Position numbers and translations under genes: made by a program. Positions 1 through 12,509 of a stretch of 64,000 nt of DNA are shown piece by piece; positions within the stretch are counted from its first letter, which is position 1, and the number at the start of each line of letters is the position of its first letter. The notes below the pieces were generated by a model. It saw only the letters and a list, made by a program, of their open reading frames with translations, did not search any database and was not told the origin of the DNA. Origin of the DNA: Mustelus asterias (lineage: Eukaryota). The stretch is taken from assembly GCF_964213995.1 (NCBI RefSeq), contig NW_027590119.1:1364001-1428000 (forward strand), given 5' to 3'.

Positions 1-59
1 GTCTCCATTCTGAACACTGGGGAACAAGCTCCTCCCACTGATTGACAATATTGCCCTCT

Positions 60-470
60 ACAAACATGGCGGCCGCACGCTGCATATTGCCCCCAATAAA
101 GATGGCGAACGTTAACCCGGGACGAACATGAGGAGCTGCCGCCCTTCTCGGTACAAACTGGGTCCGGGAAGTTCTCTTCCGCGGTTTACGGCTGACACAA
201 CATGCTTCCGCAGCGTTTCCACCCACCTGGACGATCCATTGCTCTCTCCGTACCTCCAATCACCTCAAACAAAGTTCCGAGCCCAAAACAAAAGCCGTTT
301 CCCATCGCCATTACTCACACTGCGCATGCTCCAGTCAAAGCTGGCCCCGCCCCTCGTTCGCTCCCATTGCTTGGAGGACCGACCGCTCCAGGTAGGTCCT
401 CCAGCACTGTCCCCTCTTCCCATTGGTCCGCGCTGCCGTCAATCAGCCGGGCATTGTGACGGTGATTTGC
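60..470 (-). promoter_or_regulatory. CpG-rich ZNF promoter cassette P1 (probably serves a gene left of the window)
   Basis: YY1-type AACATGGCGGC and AAGATGGCG, NRF1-like TGCGCATGCT, GC box CCCCGCCCC, ATTGG (CCAAT), dyad TGGAGGACC-N14-GGTCCTCCA at 372-403. Homologous to the arm upstream of the ZNF at 47754. Confidence 0.7.
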
Positions 471-486
471 TGCTTGTCCAATAATG

Positions 487-1903
487 ACAGTAAGAAGTTT
501 AACAACACCAGGTTAAAGTCCAACAGGTCTATTTGGTGGCAAAAGCCACAGCTTTCGGAGCCTCAAGCCCCTTCTTCAGGTAAGTGGGAATTCTGTTCAC
601 AAACAGGGCATATAAAGACATAGACTCAATTTACATGAATAATGGTTGGAATGCGAATCCTTGCAGCTAATCAAGTCTTAAAGGTACAAACAATGTGAGT
701 GGAGAGCTTCCACTCTAAACACGTTAAAGAAGCCATCCCCGACGGACAAGCCCTCCGTACACACAGGATCTGCTCGGATGAGGAGGATCGCAACAGACAC
801 CTCCAGACGCTGAAAGATGCCCTCATAAGAACAGGATATGGCGCTCAACTCATCGATCGACAGTTCCGACGCGCCACAGCGAAAAACCGCACCGACCTCC
901 TCAGAAGACAAACACGGGACAAGGTGGACAGAGTACCCTTCGTCGTCCAGTACTTCCTCAGAGCGGAGAAGCTACAGCATCTCCTCTGGAGCCTTCAACA
1001 TGTCATTGATGAAGACGAACATCTCGTCAAGGCCATCTCCACACCACCACTTCTTGCCTTCAAACAACCGCACAACCTCAAACAGGCCATTGTCTGCAGC
1101 AAACTACCCAGCCTTCAGGAGAACAGTGACCACGACACCACACAACCCTGCCACAGCAACCTCTGCAACACGTGCCGGATCATCGACACAGATGCCATCA
1201 TCTCACGTGAGAACACCATCCACCAGGTACACGGTACATACTCTTGCAACTCGGCCAACGTTGTCTACCTGATACGCTGCAGGAAAGGATGTCCCGAGGC
1301 ATGGTACATTGGGGAAACCATGCAGACGCTACGACAACGGATGAATGAATACCACTCGACAATCACCAGGTAAGACTGTTCTCTTCCTGTTGGGGAGCAC
1401 TTGAGCGGTCACGGGCATTCAGCCTCTGATCTTCGGGTAAGTGTTCTCCAAGGCTGCCTTCACGACACACGACAGCGCAGAGTCACTGAGCAGAAACTGA
1501 TAGCCAAGTTCCGCACGCGAGGACGGCCTCAACCGGGATATTGGGTTCATGTCACACTACCTGTACTCCCCACAGCTTGCCTGGACTTGCAGAGTCTCAC
1601 TGGCTGTCCTGTCTGGAGACAATACACATCTCTTTAGCCTGTCTTGATGCTCTCTCCACTCGCATTGTTTGTACCTTTAAGACTTGATTAGCTGTAAGTA
1701 TTCGCATTCCAACCACTATTCTGTAAATTGAGTTTGTGTCTTGAAATGCCCTGTTTGTGAACAGAATTCCCACTCACCTGAAGAAGGAGCTTAAGGCTCC
1801 GAAAGCTTGTGGCTTTTTCTACCAAATAAACCTGTTGGACTTTCACCTGGTGTTGTTAAACTTCTTACTGTGCTTACCCCAGTCCAACGCCGGCATCTCC
1901 ACA
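487..1903 (+). mobile_element. Penelope-like element (Neptune-type), 5'-truncated, with inverted pseudo-LTR
   Basis: ORF 699-1373 has a Cys-rich linker (CHSNLCNTC) and GIY-YIG motif (NVVYLIRC...WYIGET..LRQRMNE), with a stop at 1371. 489-707 is the reverse complement of ~1650-1870, followed by a ~33-nt unpaired tail. Confidence 0.9.
1775..1811 (+). ncRNA. Minimal hammerhead-ribozyme-like motif in the Penelope pLTR
   Basis: CAC-CTGAAGA-A-GGAGC(TTAAG)GCTCC-GAAA-GC-TT-GTG: core boxes, 5-bp stem II, palindromic AAGCTT stem III, 3-bp stem I. Confidence 0.65.
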
Positions 1904-4900
1904 TTAGCAATAACAGAGTCTCAGTGTAACAATGACACACACAGGCTCCAATACAATCAGAGTGGGGATGGAGCACAGAGACAACACAGCAAAGCACTGA
2001 CTTACTCTGAGTGTAACAAATACAATGTTTGTTCAAATAATAAGAGTCACGTTGCAGTATGTTAGCGAACACAGCATTGGATCCAATGTAATGGTAATAC
2101 AGTCAGTATCTCGTGCGCCATAACCAAAGTTTCGGTTTCATTTGATAGTGTGAGTGAGTCGTGGTCTATTGATATAATGTGTTTAGATTCCGGTGTGTGT
2201 TACTCTGCCACTGTCATTATCAGACAATAACCTGTCTGTTATTCCAATTCTGCTGTATTTTACAACTGCAGTTTCAGTGTCTCTGAGGTCATTTTAACTG
2301 CAGGTAATCTGATATTAATGGAGACAAGAGGCCCAACAAACATTTGATTATAATAGGAGGACAAAGTGTAAGGGAACAATGATATTTTAAGGCGTCTGTG
2401 TTGTGGTGAGTGTCACTGGGAAGTGAGTGATAAAATACAAGTGGAAACATCATGACAGAGACACATGTGACTGACTCGGCCTGACTGAGAGCTGTTATAC
2501 TCGAGGCGAGAATATTGAGGACATGGGGAACTCCTGAGATTTCTGATATCTGAGGTGTATCTGTTAGAGGAACTGAAAATAATCAGTTCCTCCTCATGGT
2601 TATCGCCAGTTCTCAAGTTACACAGACACACAGGAAAGAGATCTGACAGCTCATCAAACACAATATTTTAATCTTCTGTTTGAGACACATTATAACCGAA
2701 AAGATCAAATCTTAAAACCTTAGGAGAGAAACATTCAGAATGTCACAAAGATGAGTGAACTGTCTAATTAATCCCATTCACCATAACTCTGCCAATTTAC
2801 CTTCTGCAAGTATTTATCCAATTCCCTTTGAAAGCTACTATTAAACCTGCTTCTAGCACTTGTCAGTTTGTGCATTCCAGATCATATCAAGTTATTGTGT
2901 AAAACATTCTCCTTATCACCCCCTCCAGTTCTGTTGTTAATTAAATTAAATCTCTGTGTCCTCTGCTTACAGACCCTCCTGCACCTAGCAAATCGATTCT
3001 CTCCATCGACAGACCCTCGTGCTCCTGGGAGATAATTTCTCTCCATTGACACTATCATAAATCATTTGTCATTTTAAACACCTCTATTAAATCTCCCCAT
3101 CACATTCCCTCATCTAAGGTGGATAACGCATGTTTTTCCTGCCCTGAAGAATTATATGGACTCAAAATGTTAACTGTTTCTCTCTCAACAGATGCCGCCG
3201 GACCTGCTGGGTTTTTCTGCTTTTCTCCCTGTTTTTCCCTCTGTAATCAATCAGAAATTCTTCATGATTTTGAACATCTTGATTAAATAGGAACACACAA
3301 AGCCTGAGAGAGGTACAGAGGAAAGAAGAGACAGAAAGACTGAGAGAAAAATTGAGAAAGATTTTAAAAAGCAGAAAGTTGAGGTGGTCAAAGATAAAAG
3401 CTGAGAATCAGAGGAAACAAGCAATACAGAGAGAATGATATACAATATAAGGGAGCAGGCTATCAGTTCCTGGCTATGGGGAGCAGAGGGAACTCAGTGA
3501 GTGATCCACAGACACAGCTGGTTTTATCTGCGAATGGAAACTCTGAATAGAAATAACAGGCTCATTTGTAAATGTCACCACAATGTGACCTGTGTGACTC
3601 TGCCCTGACTCTGTGGACAGATATCGGCCGCATTGACAGATGTTCTCACCAGATTGTTGTGCCTGGATTTATTTTCTGCTCAGAAGTGAGATGTGAGGTT
3701 TTGAACCGGCAGCAGAGAAACAGGAAGTTGTGATACCTGAGAATGAAACAGCCGGCGTCAGTTTGATGTTATCACCGTGAACAGTCTTCCTGCCTGTGAG
3801 GGTGAACTCACTCTGACAGCATCAAGAACAACCACACAGATTGCTGCCGCTCTCAGCATTACATTCACCTCCATTCCCATTTTAAACAATAAAGGAGATT
3901 ATTTGGGTTTTTAACATTCACTGAATTGGGAGATGGACTGAGGGTCATCACTGGGAGAAATGAGGAGGAATTAGAGAACAAATGAGTTTTCCCAAAGAGG
4001 GTTATTAGAAAAGAGGAGATTTAAAGTGAGTCAGGGCCTGTCAGAGGAAGTGGGAGAGAGAAGCAGGGAGGATTGAATCTCCATCAATTAGATGTTTTCT
4101 CAGACAGTGAAGAGAGATGAAGTGTGTTTGTGCTTTTTCAGAAAGAGGTAATGAGAGAGAGAAAACAATGAATAAGTTTAAGCAGATCTGAAATAGGAAG
4201 GTTAAACGAGTGAGTGTTTGAAAGAAAGATAGAGAGACATTAAGTGACAAAGACAGTTTCTGAGAGGAGAGCGGTTAAGTGAATGTGAGAGAGGAGCGAG
4301 GTTAGAGTGTAAGAGAGGTGGAAGGTAAGGTGTGAGTGAATGCCTGGAGAGAGAGAGAGAGACGTTCAGTGAGTGTGAGAGAGATGAGAGATGTTGAGTG
4401 ATTGAGTTTCTGAGAGAGAGGAGATGTTGAGTGAGTGAATGTCTGAAAGAGAGGAGAGCAGGTTCACACCCAGGGGTCACTGAGAATGATCAAAATAAGG
4501 AGATCACCCAGAAAACTACCAACAGGAAACTTCAGCTGAACACACCACTCATTCTTAAATGGTCAGTCAGGGCTCTGATGCTGCTCAGCTTCTCTCTGTT
4601 CTGTTTATAATGGTTAAAGGCTGATAGGAGTGAGGTTTATTTAAAAGGATAGTGTATGGGAAGCACACATCAACAAAACTGAGAATTCTTGGACACACAC
4701 TGCAGCTCCTTCTCTATCTGGGAATCAAATTGTTGTCTAATTGTCCCAGCAGTTAACAGGCTCCTTTGAACTTCTCCAGCTGCTACTTTGATGCAGACTT
4801 CAACCAATTTATTTGAAGCCAGTTTCTGTTCAATAAACCAGGACTGACACACACACACATTAAAATGTTTTAGCCTTTTTTTCATTCTAAGTCTGGAAAC

Positions 4901-5373
4901 CTAAACCTGCCGTTTCACTCTCAGTCAGGAATAGATCCCAGTTTTACACCAATCTTTGTCAGCACGTTTCCAGCATTCACCGTTGTTCTTCCTGACTCTA
5001 AACACAGTTGTAAAGGAGCTTCTGTTCCGTGTCCAGGAGCTCTGAACCATGGAAAAGAACGACTGGGACACATTTCTCACACACCTCAGGATTCACCCAC
5101 ACGGGGACTTTGCTGTCAGTGAAAAGTGACGAAAAAGACCAAAGTGCTGTTTGTCCCTCTCAGCGTGACCCTGAAGGACTGGGTCAAGAATGAAGTTCTG
5201 TTCCGACTGTGTGATCCTCCCTCAGATTGCCCTTTCTGAGCTCCAGCCTGGTGACGTTAAACACTCAAATGGAAAAGACAAAAATCTACAACAATGATTC
5301 AATCAAATGTCTATTTCACATTTATTCAGAATATCAAATCTCAACAGAAGAAAAAAGTCAGAGTGAACATGAT

Positions 5374-6433
5374 TCAGACCTGGATATGATTAACAGCATC
5401 AATAAGTGTAGAATCCAAACCTTGCAGTCCCTTGTGAACTCGCCGGTGTGTTAGCAGGTGGGATGACTGAATAAATCCCTTTCCACAGACATTACAGGTG
5501 AACGGCCTCTCCCCACTGTGAACTCGCTGGTGGTTCAGAAGATAAGATAAATGAGAAAATCCCTTCCCACAGACAGAGCAGGTAAATGGCCTCTCCCCAC
5601 TGTGAACTCTCTGATGTGTCAGCAGGTTGGATGACTGACTGAATCCCTTCCCACACATGGAGCAGGTGAACGGCCTCTCCCCAGTGTGAACTCGCTGGTG
5701 GTTCAATAGGTTGGATGAAAGAGTGAATCCCTTCCCACACACGGAGAAAGTGAATGGCCTCTCCTCACTGTGAACCTGCTGGTGTGTCAGAAGGTTGGAT
5801 GAATTAATGAATCCCTTCCCACAGTCTGAGCAGGTGAAGGCCTCTCCCCAGTGTGAATTCTCTGGCGGTTCAGTAGGGCAGATGGACGGCTGAATCCCTT
5901 CCCACACACACAGCAGGTGAATGGCCTCTCCCCAGTGTGAGTATATTGGTGCGTCAGCAGATCCTTTTTGTTTTTAAAGCTCTTCGCAGTCGGAACAATT
6001 AAAAAGTTTGTTGTCAGAGTGAACAAGTTGATGTGTCTGCAGGTGGGATGACTGAATGAATCCTTTCCCACACACAGAGCAGGTGAATGGTCTCTCCCGT
6101 GTGAATACGTTGGTGTGTCAGCAGATCTTTTTTGCATTTAAAACTCTTCCCACAGTCAGAACATGTAAACATTCTCTCATCAGTGTGAACAAGTTGGTGT
6201 GTCACAATGTGGGATGAGCGAGTGAATCCCTTCCCACACACAGGGCAGGTGAACGGCCTCTCCCCAGTGTGAACCCGTTGGTGAGTCAGAAGGTTGTATG
6301 AATGGGTGAATCCCTTCCCACAAACGGAGGAGGTGAATGGTCTCTCCCCAGTGTGACTGCACCAATGAACTTCCAGTTGTGATGGGAAACTGAATCCCTT
6401 CCCGCACTCCACACATTTCCACGGTTTCTCCAT
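5374..6433 (-). pseudogene. C2H2 ZNF pseudogene, 12 fingers, paralog of 39017-39997
   Basis: Starts MEKPWKC; three frameshifts (~6095, ~5985, ~5840) and two Cys losses (TSSVC, TFSVC). Confidence 0.9.
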
Positions 6434-7059
6434 GGTGCTGGTGCCCTTGTGTTTCTCCAGGTTGGATGATCAGTTGAAACCTCGTCCACACACACAACAT
6501 ACATGTAGTTTCACCCTGCTGTGAACTGTGTGATGTTTCTTCAGGCTGTGGACTGGTTAAAGCACTTTCCACAGTCAGTTCACTGGAACACTCTCAATCG
6601 GGTGTGTGTTTGTTTCAATGCTTTTCCGGTCACACTGATGTTTAAAATCTTTGCCGACAGACAGAAGAGTCAAACATTTCTCCTCCCACATTCAAAGACC
6701 AATGATCTTCAGCTCTGAATGAACAAAGTGACTTTGCCAGTCATGATGTTCGTTTGAGTTTTCGGTCTACCAATCCTCCACTTCCAATATCCTGTAAAAA
6801 AAAATTTGGAAAAGTCATCACTGTCAGTCCAGAATAGAAATCCTGAACAGACAATTCTAGTTTCTCCGTAACATTTTTTCCTCTCTTGTTCCCCAAAATC
6901 TGTAAATCCCCGTCCCACACACTCTCCCTTCTCCCTGGGCTTAAACCCATCTCACCATCTGCATCATTTCTTTCCTCCACTCCCAGTTTTCTCCCTCCCT
7001 CTCCTCTGTCTGGGTTCAGTTCTCCAGCTCCTGTCTGCAGACTGACAATAAAACCAATG

Positions 7060-7750
7060 GGTCTTATTGGGGGTGTTGGGGCCTCCAGCGGGTGTTTGTG
7101 AATCCTCCCCGCCCACCTCCCAGGGTTTCCTTCCTTCCCAGAGATCAGAATCCTCATTGATTTGAGGCCAAAGTGTAACCTCTTATTTATTGTCCCCCTC
7201 CCCCATCCTCTGATGTGAACCATCCTCCAGTGGCTGAGCCAGGATGGGGCCGTTAACCTGGGCCTGTTCCCGGGAGGGAGGGAGGGAGAAGCCCCGCAGC
7301 TGCAAACCAGGGAGCTGACAATGATTCTGAAGGGTTTGCGGATCCACAAAGTGTTTCCAAATCCTCCCAGCCACCGCCTAACGCTGACTCCGCTTCTCCG
7401 GGACAAACAAGCGCCAAGGACAGCAATGACACTGCGCATGCTCCACATCACAATGCCCGGGGACTGATTGACGGCAGCTCCGGACCAATAGGACGAGGGG
7501 GCGGGGCTGGAGGACCGAGCGGGAGCGGCTGGTCCTCCAACCAATCGGAGTGAATGAGGGGCGGGACCTGAAGCATGCGCAGTGCGGGTAATGGCGACGG
7601 ACAGACGGACGGTTTTAATTTGGAAGCGAGATCAATACGAGGTAGAGGGCGGCGTGCGGGGAATGATAAAGTGGCGGGTGGGTGGAGAGGCTTTGTAAAC
7701 ATGATGTTCAAACCCAAACCCCGGAAATGAACTTCCTGGTCCCCCCCTTT
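7060..7750. promoter_or_regulatory. Bidirectional ZNF promoter cassette P2 plus conserved leader
   Basis: NRF1-like sites at both ends (TGCGCATGCT, GCATGCGCA), two CCAAT boxes, two GC boxes, dyad 7508-7539, ETS-like CCGGAAAT/ACTTCCTG at ~7720-7740. Lies between divergently oriented ZNF loci. Confidence 0.75.
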
Positions 7751-7801
7751 GTACCAAATGGAGCGGCAGCTTGTCGTGTTAGACCCGGGCTGACTGCTGC
7801 C

Positions 7802-8050
7802 TGTGGTAAACCACTGTTAAGCTTATTGCCTGTGTGTGTGTGACATGTCTGGGCATGCCCCTGCCAGCCCTGCATGAGACTCCTCCCCCCCCCCCCTGTC
7901 CAGGTATGAAGGTGACTGCTCCCCACCCTCCTGCCTCAGTTGCTGGACCAGTTCATCAGCATGGGTGTGTGCTCCAAGTCTTTTGCGAATAAAAGCCTAT
8001 TTGTTCTTGCAAACAAACTAGTCTTTACTTGATTGATAGATAGTGCATCA
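7802..8050 (+). mobile_element. Solo LTR
   Basis: TG...CA termini, TATA-like GGTATGAAGG, AATAAA near the 3' end; 5-bp TSD (CCGCC perfect in copy B, CTGCC/CCGCC here). Confidence 0.75.
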
Positions 8051-8100
8051 CCGCCATTGAGGCTGCATGTGGGAGGCCGGCAGGGATTGTGATCGGGGAG

Positions 8101-8350
8101 TGATGTCACAATGGAATGTGTGAGGGTGTGACGTCACAATGGAATGTGTGAGGGTGTGACGTCACAATGGAATGTGTGAGGGTGTGACGTCACAATGGAA
8201 TGTGTGAGGGTGTGACGTCACAATGGAATGGGTGAGAGTGTGACGCCACAATGGAATGGGTCGGAGTGTGATGTCACAATGGAATGGGTGAGGGTGTGAC
8301 GTCACAATGGAATGGGTCGGAGTGTGAGGTCACAATGGAATGGGTGAGGG
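8101..8350. repeat. 28-bp minisatellite, 9 copies (TGACGTCACAATGGAATG(T/G)GTGAGGGTG)
   Basis: Units start at 8101, 8129 ... 8325. Confidence 0.95.
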
Positions 8351-8371
8351 TTCCAAATTCGCCTGACTTCG

Positions 8372-11300
8372 GTCATTGCCAAGATTTCCGAGTCCATTAT
8401 TAAAGCTGAGATCGCGGAGTACTTGGAAGTGCAGGATAAAGTAGGACTGAGTCAGCACGGCTTTGTCAAGGGGAGGTCATGTCTGACAAATCTGTTAGAG
8501 TTCTTTGAGGAGCTTTTGATTTGATTTATTATTGTCACATGTATTAACATACAGTGAAAAGTGTTGTTTCTTGCGCGCTATACAGAGAAAATATACCATT
8601 CATAGAGAAGGAAATGAGAGAGTGCAGAATGTAGTTTTACAGTCAGAGTGAGAGTGGAGAGAAAGATCAACTGAATGCAAGGTAAGTCCATTCAAAAGAC
8701 TGACAGCAGCAGAGAAGAAGCTATTCTTGAGTCGGTGGTACGTAACCTCAGACTTTTGTATCTTTATCCCGAGGGAAGAAGGTGGAAGAGAGAATGTCCG
8801 GGGTGCTTGGGGTCCTTAATTATGCTGGCTGCTTTGCCGAGGCAGCGGGAAGTGTAGACAGAGTCAATGGATGGGAGGCTGGTTCGCATGATGGATTGGG
8901 TTACATTCACAACCTTTTGTAGATCCTTGCAGTCTTGGGCAGAGCAGGAGCCATACCAAGCTGTGCTACAACCAGAAAGAATGCTTTCTATGGTGCATTT
9001 GTAAAGGTTGGTGAGAGTCGTAGCTGACATGCCAAATTTCCTTAGTCTTCTGAGAAAGTAGAGGCGTTGGTGAGCTTTCTTAACAAGAGTGTCGACATGG
9101 GGAGACCAGGACAGGTTTTTGGTGATCTGGATACCTAAAAACCTGAAGCTCTTGACCCTTTCTACTTCGTCCCCATTGATGTCGACATGGGCATGTTCTT
9201 CTTTATGCTTCCTCAAGTCGATGACAATCTCCTTTGTTTTGTTGACATTGAGGGAGGGATTATTGTTGCCACACCAGTTCACCAGGTTCTCTATCTCATT
9301 CCTGTACTCTGTCTCATCATTGTTTGAAATCCGACCCAGTGCTGTGGTGTCGTCAGCAAACTTGAAAATCGAATTGGAGGGAAATTTAGCCGCACAGTCA
9401 TAGGTGTAGAAGGAGTATGTTAGGGGGCTGAGAACACAGCCTCGTGGGGCACCGGTGTTGAGGATGATCGTGGAGGAGGTGTTGTTGCCTATCCTTACTG
9501 TTTGTGGTCTGTGAGTTAGGAAGTTCAGGATCCAGTTGCAGAGGGAGGTGCCGAGACCCAGGTCACGGAGTTTGGAGATGAGTTTCGTGGGACTAATAGT
9601 GTTGAAGGCTGAGCTGCAGTCAACAAATAGGAGTCTGACATAGGTGTCCTTGTTATCTAGCTGTTCCAGGGTTGAGTACAGGGCCAGGGAAATGGCGCCT
9701 GCTGTGGACCTGTTGCGGCGGTCGGCAAACTGTAGTGGATCCAGATAGTCCGGGAGGCTGGAATTGATTTGTACCGTGACAAACCTTTCAAAGCACTTCA
9801 TCATGATGGATGTCAGAGCCACCGGCCGATAGTCATTAAGACACACTGCTTGGCTTTTCTTAGGTACCAGGATGATGGTCATCTTTCTTGAAGCAGATAG
9901 GGACCTCAGATTGTTGTAAAGAAAGGTTGAAGATGTCTGTGAATACCTCTGCCAGCTAATCCGCACAGGATCTGAATGCACATCCGGGTATCCCATCCGG
10001 GCCAGTTGCTTTCTGTGGGTTGACCTTCAAGAAAGCTGCTCTGACATCTGCAATGGAGACCCCAGATACAGGTTCATCCAGGGCTTCCAGGGGGAGAGCA
10101 TGCTTTCGCTGACCTCTTGCTCAAAACGAATGCATTGAGCTCATCAGGGAGAGGTGCGTTGGAGCCGGCGATTTTACATGCCTTCATCTTGTCGCCTGTT
10201 ATGTCTTGCAGACCTTGCCATAGTCAGCGGGGGTTGGTGTGGCTAGCCTGGGACTCTAGCTTCGTCCGGTATTGTCTTTTGGCATCTTTGATGGACCTCC
10301 TTAGATCATATCTGGTAACAAATAAGTTAGATAAAGGAGAACTAGTGGACCTGATTTATTTAGATTTCCAGAAGGCCTTTGACAAGGTGCTGCAGAGGAA
10401 ACTGTTAAATAAGTTAAGTGCCCATGGTGTTAAGGGTAAGATCCTGTCATGGATAGAGGATTGGCTGGCAGAAGGCAGAGAGTGGGGATAAAGTGGTCTT
10501 TCTCAGGATGGCAGCCGGTGACCAGTGGTGTGCCTCAGGGGTCAGTGCTGGGACCACAACTTTTCACAATATACATTAACGATTTGGAGGAAGGAACTGA
10601 AGGCACTGTTGCTAAGTTTGCAGATGATACAAAGATATGTAGAGGGAGAGGTAGTAACGAGGAAGCAGGGGGGCGGCAGAAGGACTTGGGACAGGTTAGG
10701 AGAGTGGGCAAAGAAGCAGCAGATAGAATACAATGTGGAAAAGTGTGAGTTTATGCACTTTGGAAGGAGGAATGGAGACATCAACTATTTTCTAAATGGG
10801 GAAATGCTTAGGAAATCAGAAACACAAAGGGACTTGGAAGTCATTGTTCAAGATTCTCTTAAAGTTAACGTGCAGGTTCAGTTGGCAGTTAGGAAGGCAA
10901 ATGCAATGTTAGCATTCATGTCGATAGGCCTAGAATACAAGGGCAGGGATATATTTCTGAGGCTGCGGAAGGCTCTGGTCAGTCCCCATTTGGACTATTG
11001 TGAGCAGTTTTGGTCCCCATATCTAAGGAAGGATGTGCTGGCTTTGGAAAAGGTCCAGAGGAGGTTCACAAGAATGATCCCTGGAATGAAGAGCTTGTTC
11101 TATGAGGAACAGTTCAGACTCTGGGTCTGTACTCATTGGAGTTTATAAGGATGAGGGGGGATCTTATTGAAACTTACAGGATACTGCGAGGCCTGGATAG
11201 AGTGGACGTGGAGAGAATGTTTCCACTAGTAGGAACAGCTAGAAATAGAGGGCACAACCTCAGACTAAAGGGCCGATCCTTTAAAACAGAGAGGAGGAGG

Positions 11301-11540
11301 AATTTCTTCAGCCAGAGAGTGGTGAATCTGTGGAACTCTTTGCTGCAGAAGGCTGTGGAGGTCAGGACATTGACTGTCTTTAAGACAGAGATAGATAGGT
11401 TCTTGATTAATGAGGGGATCAGGGATTATGGGGAAAAGGCAGGAGAATGGGGATGAGAAAAATATCAGCCATGATTGAATGGCGGAGCAGACTCGATGGG
11501 CCGAGTGGCCTAATTCTGTTACTGTGTCTTATGGTCTAAT
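8372..11540 (+). mobile_element. 5'-truncated CR1 LINE split by a Rex1 insertion (pieces 8372-8512 and ~10315-11540)
   Basis: RT sequence QHGFVKGRSCLTNLLEFFEE continues as VTNKLDKGE...LDFQKAFDKV...KFADDTK on the far side of the insert; frameshifted; CR1-type 3' tail. Confidence 0.9.
8513..10314 (-). mobile_element. Rex1/Babar-clade LINE fragment
   Basis: ORF 8764-9996: LNDYRPVALTSIMMKCFER, LDPLQFA, FADDTT, KKAHQRLYFLRRLRKF; 3' tail tgtgacaataataaatcaaatc. Confidence 0.85.
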
Positions 11541-11849
11541 GAGTTGAGACTGGGGTGGCGTCGGACGATGTCACTGAGGTGGAAATAGACAGTCTTGATG
11601 ATGATGTGGCTGGAAGCTCATCCTGGAGTGAAATATTTCACCATGGTTGTGAACAGCCTGGTTCCGGCTCCGACAGGGAGTGGAGTTTGTCGTGGGGACT
11701 GAAGACAATGGGTTCAGACTTCCCAGTATTTATATGGGTGAAGCTTCTGTTCTCTTAGTCCTGGATGTCAGACAAGTCAGGATGGTGTGTGGGTTGGAGG
11801 GGAACTTGGAGCTGATGGTGCTAACCACTGTGCCACCGTGCCGCAGAAT

Positions 11850-12325
11850 GCTAAATGGAATGAGAGAGAGAGAGTGTATGTGTGAGGGGCGTGGGTGGAG
11901 ATTTAAAGAATGTTCCATAGAAACTACAATTGTCTGTTTTGAATTTCTATCATGTGCTGACAGTGATGATTTTTGTAAACTCCTTTCAGTGGATATTGGA
12001 AGGAGAGGTTTTGACTGGAAAAGCACTGAGATTCTCACACCCGTATCAGAGTGTTCCAGTGCACTGATTGTGGAGAGACACAAGGACTCCGACACCATGG
12101 AGAAACCATGGAAATGTGGAGACTGTGGGAAGGGATTCAGAGCCCCATCTGAGGTGGAATCTCATCGACGCAGTCACACCGGGGAGAGACCGTTCATATG
12201 CTCCACTTGTGGGAAGGGATTCAATCATTCATCGAATCTGCTGAGACACCAGTGAATTCACACTGAGGAGGGGCTAGTCACCTGCTCACAGTGTGGGAAG
12301 GGAGTCAGAGATTCATCCACCCTGC
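11850..12325 (+). pseudogene. Truncated C2H2 ZNF (about 3 fingers)
   Basis: [16 protein letters not shown]..., stop at 12253 in finger 2; ends in a G-rich repeat. Confidence 0.85.
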
Positions 12326-12505
12326 GGAGGGAGGGGGGGGGGGGAAGAGCAAGGGGGGGAAAGGAGCGGGGGGGAGAGCAGGGGGGGATAGAGCGGGGAA
12401 GGGGGAGCAGGGGGGGAATAGAGCGGGGGGAAAGGAGCGGGGGGGAGAGCAGGGGGGGATAGAGCGGGGGGAAAAGAGCAGAGGGGGGGAAAGGAGCAGG
12501 GGGAG
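12325..12505 (+). repeat. G-rich ~16-bp degenerate tandem repeat (GAGC(A/G)GGGGGG...), G-quadruplex-prone
   Basis: More than 10 runs of 4-10 G; continues at 13022-13065, then (GA)n-rich sequence to 13140. Confidence 0.85.
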
Positions 12506-12509
12506 AAAG

